Source: Flavobacteriia bacterium (GTDB taxonomy: Bacteria; Bacteroidota; Bacteroidia; Flavobacteriales; Flavobacteriaceae). Taken from it: a stretch of 64,000 nucleotides of DNA. A model generated the notes under the pieces. That model made no database searches. It was given only the letters and a program-made list of their open reading frames with translations, and was not told the DNA's origin. Position numbers and translations under genes: made by a program. The DNA lies in assembly GCA_009921175.1 (NCBI GenBank), contig RFYP01000001.1, positions 8,389 to 72,388 on the forward strand, given 5' to 3'. Shown in pieces: positions 32,229-41,589 of the stretch; within the stretch, counting starts at the first letter, position 1; each line of letters starts with the position of its first letter.

Positions 32229-33317
32229 TTAATTGTTAATGGATTTAAGTTTGATGGAACCGTAGTCAGCTTCAATTTGAACATGACCGGCTCCCTTGGC
32301 CAAATGGTAGCCTTGGTAGTAGCGGTAAACGCTGTTTTTGGTAATTTCTTTTTCAAAGATAAGGGGTTGTTCTGCGCTAAACCCCCCGTAGTCCATATCG
32401 ACTTCAAAACTAAAGGCTGCTTGGGAATCAATACCTAACTGTATGGCGGTATAATCGGTGTTAAAACGAACACTTTTAAAACCTGCTTTAAGGTGTAAAA
32501 TTTTAAGTGAACCATAATCCGCATCAAGGTCTAATTGAGACTCGATGGTTCCAAAACGACAGGTGACATAGTCACCGGTTCCTATGATTTTTTGGGCACT
32601 ATCGACGGTGATTTTGCCGTAGTCATTGTCAAATTCTAAGGCAGCCACATGACCAAACTGGGCATCGGTATAATCGGCTTGTAAACGAATATTTTCGGAT
32701 TCACCCACTTCAAAGTCCGAATAGTCGGCATCGATGACTCCTGATTTGATATAGTCAATTGTCGAGTTTCGGGTATAATCCAGTTTAATGGAATTGCCGT
32801 CGGCATAGAGCGCCCCAACGATGAGTTTACCGTAGTCACAATCTATCTCAGCTTGACCATAGAGCTCGTTAAGGGAAATGGTTCCATAGTCGTTAATCAG
32901 GTGAACCTTGCTGTTTTTCGGCAGTTTGACCGTGTAATTGATTTCAAAATCAATGTAGTTGGAGGCAAAAAAGAAGGTGTTTTTCCACGAAGTTTCAATA
33001 TGGGTAATCGCACGAATACGGTCGGGACTGGCATCAAACTCGATGTCGATTTCTTCTAGTTTGGCTTCAATTTTACTTTTACTCGTGCCTTCAACGGTAA
33101 TTTCAATATCAAAAACTACTTGGTCTTCGTCCCAACTGGTCACGCGAACATCTCCGTATTTGTTTTGGATATAGACAAAGCCGTCAGCCTTTGCGTCAAA
33201 GGTTTTGTGAACTTCTCGGGTGACCTTTTCTTTTTTGGGCCATGCATGGGCATATCCGCCGAGCGAGCATAAAAAGAGAATAAGCAGTACTGATTTTTTA
33301 GAGAATAGGGTGCGCAT
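32229..33317 (-). CDS. Secreted beta-repeat protein (DUF4097-like)
   Basis: Signal peptide (..YAHA/W) and a repeated DYG(K/S/T)(I/L) strand motif (at least 6 copies). Confidence 0.55.
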   Translation of the reverse strand: MRTLFSKKSVLLILFLCSLGGYAHAWPKKEKVTREVHKTFDAKADGFVYIQNKYGDVRVTSWDEDQVVFDIEITVEGTSKSKIEAKLEEIDIEFDASPDRIRAITHIETSWKNTFFFASNYIDFEINYTVKLPKNSKVHLINDYGTISLNELYGQAEIDCDYGKLIVGALYADGNSIKLDYTRNSTIDYIKSGVIDADYSDFEVGESENIRLQADYTDAQFGHVAALEFDNDYGKITVDSAQKIIGTGDYVTCRFGTIESQLDLDADYGSLKILHLKAGFKSVRFNTDYTAIQLGIDSQAAFSFEVDMDYGGFSAEQPLIFEKEITKNSVYRYYQGYHLAKGAGHVQIEADYGSIKLKSINN

Positions 33318-33828
33318 GATCTTGGTTTTTTAGTGAGGTGATATACGTATTTAAGTCGTTGAGTAGGGTCAATTGTTCCTGAAGATTATCAATCATCGCA
33401 TGGATAAGCCTAGGGTTGGCCCCGTCGTTTTTAAACTGTTGTCCTAGATGCGTATAATCGAGTTGTAGTCTTTCCAACTGGGTTTTAGCATCGGCGAGTA
33501 TGCGTTCAGCGGGGGGATGGTCTAGGGTACTTAACTTGTCCAGTTGTACTTGTATGGTTTGGGAAAAATACTGTTCGGTCTGGTAAAAATCTTCCAGTTC
33601 GGGAGCGGCAGGATTTTGTATCAATTGCCAACCGCCTCCTAAGCCGATTAACAAGAGGGCCACGGCGGCAATCTTGAACAATAAGGGGAGTCGTCGAACT
33701 TGTTTCCTTTGATCCAAACGTCTAAGAAAGCGTTGCGCGTGGCCCGTGGGTAGAGGTTGTGGTGGAAATGCTTGCCGAAAAAGCGCGGCAAACACTTCGT
33801 TTTCCTGTGGTTTATTTTTTGTAGTCAT
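33298..33828 (-). CDS. Single-pass membrane protein, putative anti-sigma factor
   Basis: Overlaps the sigma gene stop by 17 nt. Short cytoplasmic N-terminus, TM helix (IAAVALLLIGLGGGW), and a helical periplasmic tail. No zinc-binding (ZAS) motif. Confidence 0.45.
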   Translation of the reverse strand: MTTKNKPQENEVFAALFRQAFPPQPLPTGHAQRFLRRLDQRKQVRRLPLLFKIAAVALLLIGLGGGWQLIQNPAAPELEDFYQTEQYFSQTIQVQLDKLSTLDHPPAERILADAKTQLERLQLDYTHLGQQFKNDGANPRLIHAMIDNLQEQLTLLNDLNTYITSLKNQDHAHPIL

Positions 33829-34366
33829 TGTCGATATGCGCTAGTTTTAATTTTAGTTGTTCGCGTGCGCGCGAAAGGCTTGTTCGGCAATTGGCATAGC
33901 TTATCCCCAAAAAATCACTGATTTCTTGATGATCATATCCTTCCAAATAATAGAGTTTAAGAAGCAGTTCTTGTTTGGGTTTTAATAGGGTCAATGCTCG
34001 ATGCAATTTTTGGGGATCTAGGTTTGTTTCAACCGTGGGAGTATCTTCAGAAAGTTTGGTTTCAGCGGCTAAGGTTTCGGTCGCCGATTTGGTTTCACGG
34101 TGATACAGGCTGATACTTGTATTCACCACAATTTGTTTGAGCCAGCCTGCAAATTGGTGTTTTCCCCGGTATTGATGTAGCTTGTCAAAGGCCGTAATAA
34201 AACTTTCTTGCAGGGCATCTTCGGCCAGTATTGGGTTTTTAAGAATGTTGAGTGCGCTATGGTACATCATCTGACTAAATTGCTTATAAAGTTCCATTTG
34301 TGCGGTACGCTCGTTGCGTTTACACTGCTCAATAAGGATTTCAATTTTATCTTTTTTACTTCCCAA
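33812..34366 (-). CDS. ECF-type RNA polymerase sigma-70 factor
   Basis: Region 2 (FAGWLKQIVVN) and region 4 HTH (YDHQEISDFLGISYANCRTSLSRAR). The track ORF extends to 34567 into the lon start. I prefer TTG 34366, which is preceded by AGGAG, or GTG 34393. Confidence 0.8.
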   Translation of the reverse strand: MGSKKDKIEILIEQCKRNERTAQMELYKQFSQMMYHSALNILKNPILAEDALQESFITAFDKLHQYRGKHQFAGWLKQIVVNTSISLYHRETKSATETLAAETKLSEDTPTVETNLDPQKLHRALTLLKPKQELLLKLYYLEGYDHQEISDFLGISYANCRTSLSRAREQLKLKLAHIDNDYKK

Positions 34367-34535
34367 GTTGACGACTCCTTTCTTATAAGACACAAATTTA
34401 CGTGAGTTGTTACATTTATTTTCATCTTGGCACAAGTCTTGAACATATACATTATACCTACACGTTTTGGAAGGAAACCTTTTAAAATACGGGTGTACGT
34501 AAATGGTTAACTGACACACTGACATAAAAAAGACT

Positions 34536-36998
34536 ATGGCGAAATCAATCTTTGGTTCATTAGACAACTTGTCATTTCACGATATAGAAGCCGATGCCGA
34601 GCTCATTCCCTTGATGACCTCAGAAGACGAGGAGGAGCTTCAAAATGAGGCCTTACCCCAATCCCTGCCCATCTTACCCTTGCGCAATACCGTCCTTTTC
34701 CCCGGGGTCGTTATTCCCATTACGGCAGGTCGTGACAAATCCATTCAACTCATCAAAGAGGCCAATACCGGTGACAAGGTTATCGGGGTGGTGGCCCAAA
34801 AGGAGGATGCCGTCGAAAATCCAACGGCCAAGGACATCCACAATCTGGGGACTGTTGCCCGAATTTTACGGGTATTAAAAATGCCCGATGGGAACACTAC
34901 CGTTATCATTCAGGGTAAAAAGCGGTTTAAGATCAACGAAATACTGACCGAAGAACCCTACCTCAAAGCAACCATCGCAGAGGTGCCCGAAACCACTATA
35001 GACACCAAAAGCAAAGAATTTCAGGCGGTTATTGATTCGATCAAAGAACTCGCTTTACAGATTATTCAAGAAAATCCCAATATTCCTTCAGAGGCTTCTT
35101 TTGCGATTAAAAACATTCAAAGCCCCTCTTTTTTGGTCAATTTTGTATCGTCCAACCTCAATCTTCCCGTAGCTGAAAAGCAAGAAATTCTCGAACTCGA
35201 AAGTTTGCACGAACGCGCGTTGATATGCCTCAAGCATATGAACAACGAATACCAAAAGTTGGCCCTTAAAAACGATATACAAAATCGTGTCCGAACCGAT
35301 TTGGACCAACAACAGCGCGAGTATTACTTACACCAACAGCTTAAAACCATACAAGAAGAACTCGGTGGGGTATCCTATGAAGAAGAACTGGATGAACTTC
35401 GCGAACGAGCCAAAAAAATGCAATGGGACACGGCCACTGCACAGCATTTTGACAAAGAAATTGGGCGTTTGCAACGGATGAACCCCCAAGTTTCAGAATA
35501 TTCGATTCAACGTAATTATTTGGATTTATTACTCGACTTGCCTTGGAACGTTTTTTCGCAAGACCGTTTTGATCTTAAAAAGGCACAGCGAATCCTAGAC
35601 CGTGATCACTACGGCCTGGAAGAAGTCAAAAAACGAATCATTGAATATTTGGCGGTATTGAAGTTACGCAACGACATGAAATCGCCCATTCTCTGTTTAT
35701 ATGGACCTCCGGGAGTGGGTAAAACCTCTTTGGGCAAATCGATTGCCGAAGCATTGGGACGTTCGTATGTGCGTATTTCATTAGGAGGTATGCGGGACGA
35801 AGCTGAAATACGTGGACACCGTAAAACCTATATTGGAGCACAGCCGGGGCGTATCATTCAAAGCCTTAAAAAAGCCAAAACTGCCAATCCCGTTTTTGTA
35901 TTGGACGAAATAGACAAGCTGTCCAATGGCGTGCAGGGCGATCCAGCCGCCGCTTTATTGGAGGTTTTGGATCCCGAACAAAACCATGCTTTTTACGACA
36001 ATTACCTCGAATTGGGGTTTGACTTGTCCAAAGTGATGTTTGTCGCTACGGCCAACAGTCTAGCGCCCATTCATCCGGCTTTGCGTGACCGTATGGAAAT
36101 CATCGATGTCAATGGTTATACTCAGGAAGAAAAGGTGGCCATTGCTCAAAGACACCTATTACCCAAACAACTTACCGAGCACGGGCTTGAAAAAGAACAT
36201 TTAAAACTAAAAACGCCCACCCTTAAAGCGTTGATTCAAAATTATACCCGTGAGTCTGGAGTGCGAGGTCTCGAAAAGCAAGTAGCCAAAACAGTTCGTT
36301 ATGCAGCTAAATCCATCGCCATGGAAGAGGCCTATCTGCAAGATCCAACCCCTGCAGATCTGACGACGATACTAGGGCCTCAAAAAGTGTTTCACGACCT
36401 TTATGAAAACAACCAAACGGCCGGTGTAGTCACTGGTTTAGCCTGGACCAGTGTGGGAGGAGATATTCTGTTTATAGAGTCGGCGCTCGCTCCGGGAAAA
36501 GGAGGGCTCACCATAACCGGAAACCTTGGCAAAGTGATGAAAGAATCGGCAACCATCGCTTTGGAATACCTCAAGGCCAATGCCGATCGACTCAAAATCA
36601 AGGGATTTGCCTTTTCGCAATACGATATACACATCCATGTACCCGAGGGTGCTACTCCCAAAGACGGCCCCAGTGCAGGAATCACGATGCTCACCTCCCT
36701 TTTTTCACTCATTACCCAAAACCGGGTCAAGAAAAACCTGGCCATGACTGGCGAAATCACCCTGCGCGGTCGGGTACTTCCCGTGGGCGGAATCAAAGAA
36801 AAAATCTTGGCGGCCAAACGCGCCAACATCAAAGAAATCATCCTTTGTCATAAAAACAAAAAAGACATCGACGCCATTGAGCCACACTACCTAAAAGGAC
36901 TTCAATTTCACTATGTAGAAACCATGGAAGAAGTCTTGCAATGGGCAGTGACCGACCAGAAAGTCAAGCACCCCAAAAAACTAATCCCTACCGATTAG
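34536..36998 (+). CDS. lon: ATP-dependent Lon protease
   Basis: LON N-domain, AAA+ Walker [10 protein letters not shown], and protease Ser motif PKDGPSAG. Confidence 0.95.
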   Translation: MAKSIFGSLDNLSFHDIEADAELIPLMTSEDEEELQNEALPQSLPILPLRNTVLFPGVVIPITAGRDKSIQLIKEANTGDKVIGVVAQKEDAVENPTAKDIHNLGTVARILRVLKMPDGNTTVIIQGKKRFKINEILTEEPYLKATIAEVPETTIDTKSKEFQAVIDSIKELALQIIQENPNIPSEASFAIKNIQSPSFLVNFVSSNLNLPVAEKQEILELESLHERALICLKHMNNEYQKLALKNDIQNRVRTDLDQQQREYYLHQQLKTIQEELGGVSYEEELDELRERAKKMQWDTATAQHFDKEIGRLQRMNPQVSEYSIQRNYLDLLLDLPWNVFSQDRFDLKKAQRILDRDHYGLEEVKKRIIEYLAVLKLRNDMKSPILCLYGPPGVGKTSLGKSIAEALGRSYVRISLGGMRDEAEIRGHRKTYIGAQPGRIIQSLKKAKTANPVFVLDEIDKLSNGVQGDPAAALLEVLDPEQNHAFYDNYLELGFDLSKVMFVATANSLAPIHPALRDRMEIIDVNGYTQEEKVAIAQRHLLPKQLTEHGLEKEHLKLKTPTLKALIQNYTRESGVRGLEKQVAKTVRYAAKSIAMEEAYLQDPTPADLTTILGPQKVFHDLYENNQTAGVVTGLAWTSVGGDILFIESALAPGKGGLTITGNLGKVMKESATIALEYLKANADRLKIKGFAFSQYDIHIHVPEGATPKDGPSAGITMLTSLFSLITQNRVKKNLAMTGEITLRGRVLPVGGIKEKILAAKRANIKEIILCHKNKKDIDAIEPHYLKGLQFHYVETMEEVLQWAVTDQKVKHPKKLIPTD

Positions 36999-37020
36999 AA
37001 ATACAACCGTATCTTTGGGT

Positions 37021-37704
37021 ATGCAAAAAATGATCATCGCAATTGATGGATTGGCCGCCACCGGTAAAAGCACTCAGGCCAAGCGATTGGCAACTTATCT
37101 GAAGTATCGTTATATCGACAGTGGGGCCATGTACCGCGCGGTGACTTGGTTTGCCTTGCAAAACAATTGCTGTGCATCTCCCAAGCAATGCGATGTCAAC
37201 GCCCTAATCGCTCATTTACCGGCACTTCAAATTACATTTAAAACAATCGAAAAGGGTAGTAGTACACTATTCCTAAACGGCGAAAACCGCGAAAAAGAAA
37301 TCCGTGGGATGGAGGTTTCACAATGGGTAAGCACTGTGGCTGCGATTCCTGAAGTTCGAACTTTTTTGGTGGACCAGCAACGCAGTATGGTCCAAATGCA
37401 AGGCATTGTCATGGATGGCCGTGACATCGGTACCGTTGTTTTTCCAAATGCCGATCTAAAATTCTTTTTTACTGCCCAACCCAAAGTACGGGCCCAACGT
37501 CGGTATGACGAATTACGGGCTGCTGGGCAAAACCCTGAGTATAAAGTAGTATTACAGAATGTAACCGAGCGCGATCGGCTCGACTCCACCCGGGCAATCG
37601 CTCCTCTGGTGAAAGCCCCCGATGCTATTGAAATTGATGTTTCAGACCTCGATCTTGAGGCTACTTTTCAACGTTTGTTGACCCATTTGCCCAAAAACCA
37701 TTGA
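37021..37704 (+). CDS. cmk: Cytidylate kinase
   Basis: IAIDGLAATGKST P-loop and DGRDIGTVVFP. Confidence 0.9.
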   Translation: MQKMIIAIDGLAATGKSTQAKRLATYLKYRYIDSGAMYRAVTWFALQNNCCASPKQCDVNALIAHLPALQITFKTIEKGSSTLFLNGENREKEIRGMEVSQWVSTVAAIPEVRTFLVDQQRSMVQMQGIVMDGRDIGTVVFPNADLKFFFTAQPKVRAQRRYDELRAAGQNPEYKVVLQNVTERDRLDSTRAIAPLVKAPDAIEIDVSDLDLEATFQRLLTHLPKNH

Positions 37705-37805
37705 TTTTTTCTTCTATTGTTTGTCTTTCAGTGAATTAATACTACTTTTACGCACCTATTGAGCGAAGTGAAGGGCAATAGTAAGGAAACAATTTGAGCA
37801 ATCAC

Positions 37806-37843
37806 TTCTAAATTTTGCGCCTAACCCTCACCAAAATTTAGAA
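37806..37843 (+). promoter_or_regulatory. Perfect 11-bp inverted repeat / hairpin in the rpsA leader
   Basis: TTCTAAATTTT, a 16-nt C-rich loop (GCGCCTAACCCTCACC), then AAAATTTAGAA. It ends 18 nt before the rpsA ATG. Confidence 0.3.
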
Positions 37844-37861
37844 TACAAAACACCCTCAGCC

Positions 37862-39685
37862 ATGGCTGAAAAGAAAACAACCAAAAAGGCAGCTACTCCT
37901 AAAGAAGCTGCTCCCGAAGCCCCCAAAGCAACTACTGTAGAATCTCCTGAAGCATTTCTCGAAAATTTTAACTGGCATAACTACGAAGAAGGTATCGAGG
38001 TTATTGAAGAAAAGCAATTGGCAGAATTTGAAAAATTAGTTGCAGAAAACTTTGTAGATACCGCCGATGAAGATGTCGTCGAAGGTGAAGTAGTCCACCT
38101 AACGGACCGCGAAGCCATTATCGATATCAACGCAAAATCTGAAGGCGTTATTTCTTTAAATGAATTCCGTTACAACCCCAACCTCAAAGTAGGTGACAAG
38201 GTCGAAGTGGTGGTGGATACCCGTGAAGACCGCACCGGTCAACTGGTCCTTTCTCACCGTAAAGCACGAGTCATCAAAGCGTGGGATCGTGTCAACAATG
38301 CCCACGACAACGGTGAAGTCGTAAACGGTTTTGTCAAATGCCGAACTAAAGGTGGAATGATTGTCGATGTCTTTGGTATCGAAGCGTTCTTACCTGGTTC
38401 GCAAATCGACGTAAAACCCATCCGTGACTACGACCAATATGTCAACAAGACAATGGAGTTTAAAGTGGTGAAAATCAACCATGAATTCAAAAATATCGTG
38501 GTATCACACAAGGCCTTGATCGAAGCCGATATCGAAGAACAGAAAAAAGAAATCATCTCACAACTCGAAAAAGGACAAGTACTCGAAGGTACTGTCAAAA
38601 ATATCACCTCCTATGGTGTATTTATTGATTTGGGCGGTGTTGATGGTTTGATTCATATTACCGACCTTTCTTGGAGCCGTATCAATCATCCGAACGAAAT
38701 CCTCGAATTGGATCAAGTGCTCAATGTCGTAATCCTTGATTTTGACGACAACAAATCCCGTATCCAACTGGGACTAAAACAACTCAGTGATCATCCATGG
38801 GACAAATTGGGTGACAACATCAAAGAAGGTGAAAAAGTCAAAGGTAAAGTAGTCGTTATTGCCGATTACGGTGCGTTTGTCGAAATCGAAGACGGTGTCG
38901 AAGGTTTGGTACACGTTTCTGAAATGTCTTGGTCTACTCACTTGCGCTCTGCACAAGATTTTGTTGCCGTTGGTGACGAAGTAGAAGCAGTCATTCTTTC
39001 TTTGGACCGCGAAACTCGCAAAATGTCGTTGGGTATCAAACAATTAACAACCGATCCTTGGACCGACATTACTTCGAAGTATCCTGTGGGCTCTAAGCAC
39101 AAAGGGACTGTTCGTAATTTCACCAACTTTGGTGTGTTTGTCGAACTCGAAGAAGGAATTGATGGGTTGGTGTATATTTCCGATCTATCTTGGACCAAGA
39201 AAATCAAACATCCATCTGAAATGTTAGCCATTGGCGATAGCATCGAAGTAATCGTGCTAGAATTGGATGTAGAAGGTCGTAAACTCAGTTTGGGACACAA
39301 ACAAACCAAAGACAATCCTTGGGACAAATACCAAAAGGATTTTGGTCTAGATACGGTACACAAAGCCGCCCTGACCGAAATCGTCGACAAAGGCGCTACC
39401 ATCTCGTTTAACGAAGATATTGTAGCCTTTGTTCCGGCACGTCACATGGAAAAAGAAGACGGCTCTAAATTGGTCAAAGGAGAAGAAGCTGAATTTAAAA
39501 TCATTGAATTCAATAAAGATTTTAAACGTGTAGTGGCTTCTCATACCGCCTTGTTTAGAGAACAAGAACGCGAAAACATCAAAAAGGCGTCACGTAAAGT
39601 GGCTGCTAGCAATAGTGAAAAAACCACCCTTGGTGATTTAGATGCATTCGCTGACTTGAAAGAAAAAATGGACAACGAAGAATAA
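37862..39685 (+). CDS. rpsA: 30S ribosomal protein S1
   Basis: Six S1 OB-fold repeats (repeated G.V......G.F(V/I)(D/E)(L/I) pattern). Confidence 0.95.
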   Translation: MAEKKTTKKAATPKEAAPEAPKATTVESPEAFLENFNWHNYEEGIEVIEEKQLAEFEKLVAENFVDTADEDVVEGEVVHLTDREAIIDINAKSEGVISLNEFRYNPNLKVGDKVEVVVDTREDRTGQLVLSHRKARVIKAWDRVNNAHDNGEVVNGFVKCRTKGGMIVDVFGIEAFLPGSQIDVKPIRDYDQYVNKTMEFKVVKINHEFKNIVVSHKALIEADIEEQKKEIISQLEKGQVLEGTVKNITSYGVFIDLGGVDGLIHITDLSWSRINHPNEILELDQVLNVVILDFDDNKSRIQLGLKQLSDHPWDKLGDNIKEGEKVKGKVVVIADYGAFVEIEDGVEGLVHVSEMSWSTHLRSAQDFVAVGDEVEAVILSLDRETRKMSLGIKQLTTDPWTDITSKYPVGSKHKGTVRNFTNFGVFVELEEGIDGLVYISDLSWTKKIKHPSEMLAIGDSIEVIVLELDVEGRKLSLGHKQTKDNPWDKYQKDFGLDTVHKAALTEIVDKGATISFNEDIVAFVPARHMEKEDGSKLVKGEEAEFKIIEFNKDFKRVVASHTALFREQERENIKKASRKVAASNSEKTTLGDLDAFADLKEKMDNEE

Positions 39686-39706
39686 AACCGACGTTGTTGA
39701 ACTTTT

Positions 39707-39737
39707 AACCCTCCATCATTGATGGGGGGTTTTTTAT
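39707..39737 (+). terminator. Rho-independent terminator after rpsA
   Basis: CCCTCCAT-CATTG-ATGGGGGG (8 bp, one G-U pair) followed by TTTTTTATTT. Confidence 0.75.
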
Positions 39738-39757
39738 TTATAAAAGTCAAAATTTGG

Positions 39758-39765
39758 TACTTTTG
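39758..39765 (+). promoter_or_regulatory. -7 box TACTTTTG upstream of pyrR, embedded in the palindrome GGTACTTTTGTACC
   Basis: Matches TAnnTTTG 18 nt before the pyrR ATG. The palindrome spans 39756-39769. Confidence 0.4.
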
Positions 39766-39782
39766 TACCGTAAACAGTTTCT

Positions 39783-40328
39783 ATGCCATCAAAAGTATTA
39801 TTAGACGGAGTGCATTTAGATACGCTACTTCATCGTCTGGCATGGCAATTGATCGAAAAGCACAAGGATTTTTCCAATACGATCTTAATCGGCTTGCAAC
39901 CCCGAGGCGTCGAGCTTTTAGAGCGATTGATTCGGCGTATACAATTGCAAAAAGACCTGCCCAATCTAACTTTTGGCAAACTCGACACCACTTTTTTTAG
40001 AGACGATTTTAGACGTTCCGAAAAAATACACGCCGCCAGTGCATCTGAGATGAACGTAAATATCGAAGGCAAATCGGTTGTACTTATCGACGATGTCCTT
40101 TATACCGGGCGGAGTATTCGCGCGGCCCTCACTGCGGTTGATTCGTATGGCCGCCCCAAAAACATCGAACTTTTGGTGTTGATCGACCGTCGTTTTAGTC
40201 GCCACCTCCCCATACAGCCCGACTATGTCGGTGCGCAAATCGATGTGCTGCAGGGCGATAAAGTACGGGTCAAATGGGAACCTGAAACCCAAAAAAGCAT
40301 TGTTTATCTCGAAACGGAAAACGCATGA
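39783..40328 (+). CDS. pyrR: Bifunctional pyr operon regulator / uracil phosphoribosyltransferase PyrR
   Basis: PRTase motif VVLIDDVLYTGRS and PyrR length. Confidence 0.85.
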   Translation: MPSKVLLDGVHLDTLLHRLAWQLIEKHKDFSNTILIGLQPRGVELLERLIRRIQLQKDLPNLTFGKLDTTFFRDDFRRSEKIHAASASEMNVNIEGKSVVLIDDVLYTGRSIRAALTAVDSYGRPKNIELLVLIDRRFSRHLPIQPDYVGAQIDVLQGDKVRVKWEPETQKSIVYLETENA

Positions 40329-41263
40329 AAGCACTCAGTGTAGACCATCTTTTGGGTATCAAACAGCTCACTGAAGCCGATATACAACTCATTTTTGAAA
40401 CTGCCGATCATTTTAAAGAAGTGATCAACCGTCCCATCAAAAAAGTCCCCAGCTTGCGCGACATCACCATTGCCAATCTCTTTTTTGAAAACAGCACCCG
40501 TACCAAGCTTTCTTTTGAACTTGCAGAAAAAAGGCTAAGCGCAGATATTCTCAATTTTTCGGCGGCCCAGTCGTCGGTCAAAAAAGGGGAAACCCTGGTA
40601 GATACGGTCAATAATATTTTGGCAATGAAAGTGGATATTGTCGTTATGCGACATCCCAATCCCGGGGCGGCTCAATTTTTATCCCAACGGGTTAACGCCT
40701 GTATCATCAACGCGGGCGATGGCACACACGAACACCCGACCCAGGCCTTGTTGGATGCCTATTCACTCCGTGAAAAAATGGGCGATTTAAAAGGGAAAAA
40801 GATAGCCATCGTGGGAGATATTCGCCATAGCCGGGTTGCTCTTTCCAATATTTTTGCGCTAAAGCTACTCGGAGCGGAGGTTAAATTATGCGCCCCCAAA
40901 TCGCTTTTACCTAAATACAGTACCTCGTTGGGAGTAGGTGTAGAAACCCAGCTGATGAAGGCCCTCAAATGGTGTGATGCTGCCAATATGCTACGGGTTC
41001 AAAACGAACGGATGGAGGTCGGGTATTTTCCCTCTACCCGCGAATATGCCCTTCAATACGGTTTAACCTTAGACAAGCTTAATCAGTTGCGCAAAGACAT
41101 CATTATTCTTCACCCTGGTCCGATTAACCGCGGGGTTGAGATCACCACTGAGGTGGCCGATTCTGAACACGCCATCATTTTGGATCAAGTCGAAAATGGC
41201 GTCGCCATACGTATGGCCATTATCTACCTGTTGGCGTCCAAACTCAATACCAATATTAAGTGA
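40325..41263 (+). CDS. pyrB: Aspartate carbamoyltransferase catalytic subunit
   Basis: STRT, HPTQ and HPGP motifs. ATGA overlap with pyrR. Confidence 0.9.
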   Translation: MKALSVDHLLGIKQLTEADIQLIFETADHFKEVINRPIKKVPSLRDITIANLFFENSTRTKLSFELAEKRLSADILNFSAAQSSVKKGETLVDTVNNILAMKVDIVVMRHPNPGAAQFLSQRVNACIINAGDGTHEHPTQALLDAYSLREKMGDLKGKKIAIVGDIRHSRVALSNIFALKLLGAEVKLCAPKSLLPKYSTSLGVGVETQLMKALKWCDAANMLRVQNERMEVGYFPSTREYALQYGLTLDKLNQLRKDIIILHPGPINRGVEITTEVADSEHAIILDQVENGVAIRMAIIYLLASKLNTNIK

Positions 41264-41586
41264 TCAAAGCATTGACCAAAGGGATATGTTTACTCAGCGG
41301 AGCGTTGGACGAAGTCCTAGAAGACCTTCAAACATTAATTGATCAAGATGCGCCAATAGGCTGTGATTATATCATAGACCTACGTGAAATGCTTCTTAGC
41401 CCATCGCTTATAAAAAAAATGGATGCGTTACTCAAGCGCTTACAAACCGACAAAAAAACACTCGTCGCCATCGCAGACCCCCAGGTATCTGATTTGGCTA
41501 CGGATGAACTTCCCAAAGTACCGACCTTGCAGGAAGCTGAAGATTACCTTGCTTTTGAGCAAATGCAGCGCGACTTAGGATTTTAA
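41260..41586 (+). CDS. Small hypothetical protein, possibly STAS-like
   Basis: 108 aa. GTGA overlap with the pyrB stop, and ends 3 nt before rnz. The fold guess comes only from the hydrophobic pattern. Confidence 0.4.
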   Translation: MIKALTKGICLLSGALDEVLEDLQTLIDQDAPIGCDYIIDLREMLLSPSLIKKMDALLKRLQTDKKTLVAIADPQVSDLATDELPKVPTLQEAEDYLAFEQMQRDLGF

Positions 41587-41589
41587 TAT

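Noticed and set aside
33812-34567. 251-aa version of the ECF sigma ORF, extending over the lon start
   Set aside because: The extra roughly 65 N-terminal residues are Cys/Asn/Lys-rich with no sigma homology. They would overlap the divergent lon start codon. The conserved region begins just after TTG 34366.
36401-36841. 146-aa ORF antisense to lon
   Set aside because: Shadow ORF inside the conserved Lon protease domain. It has no independent signals.
38938-39402. 154-aa ORF antisense to rpsA
   Set aside because: Shadow ORF inside the S1 repeats. It is Ser/Thr/Pro-rich with no motifs.
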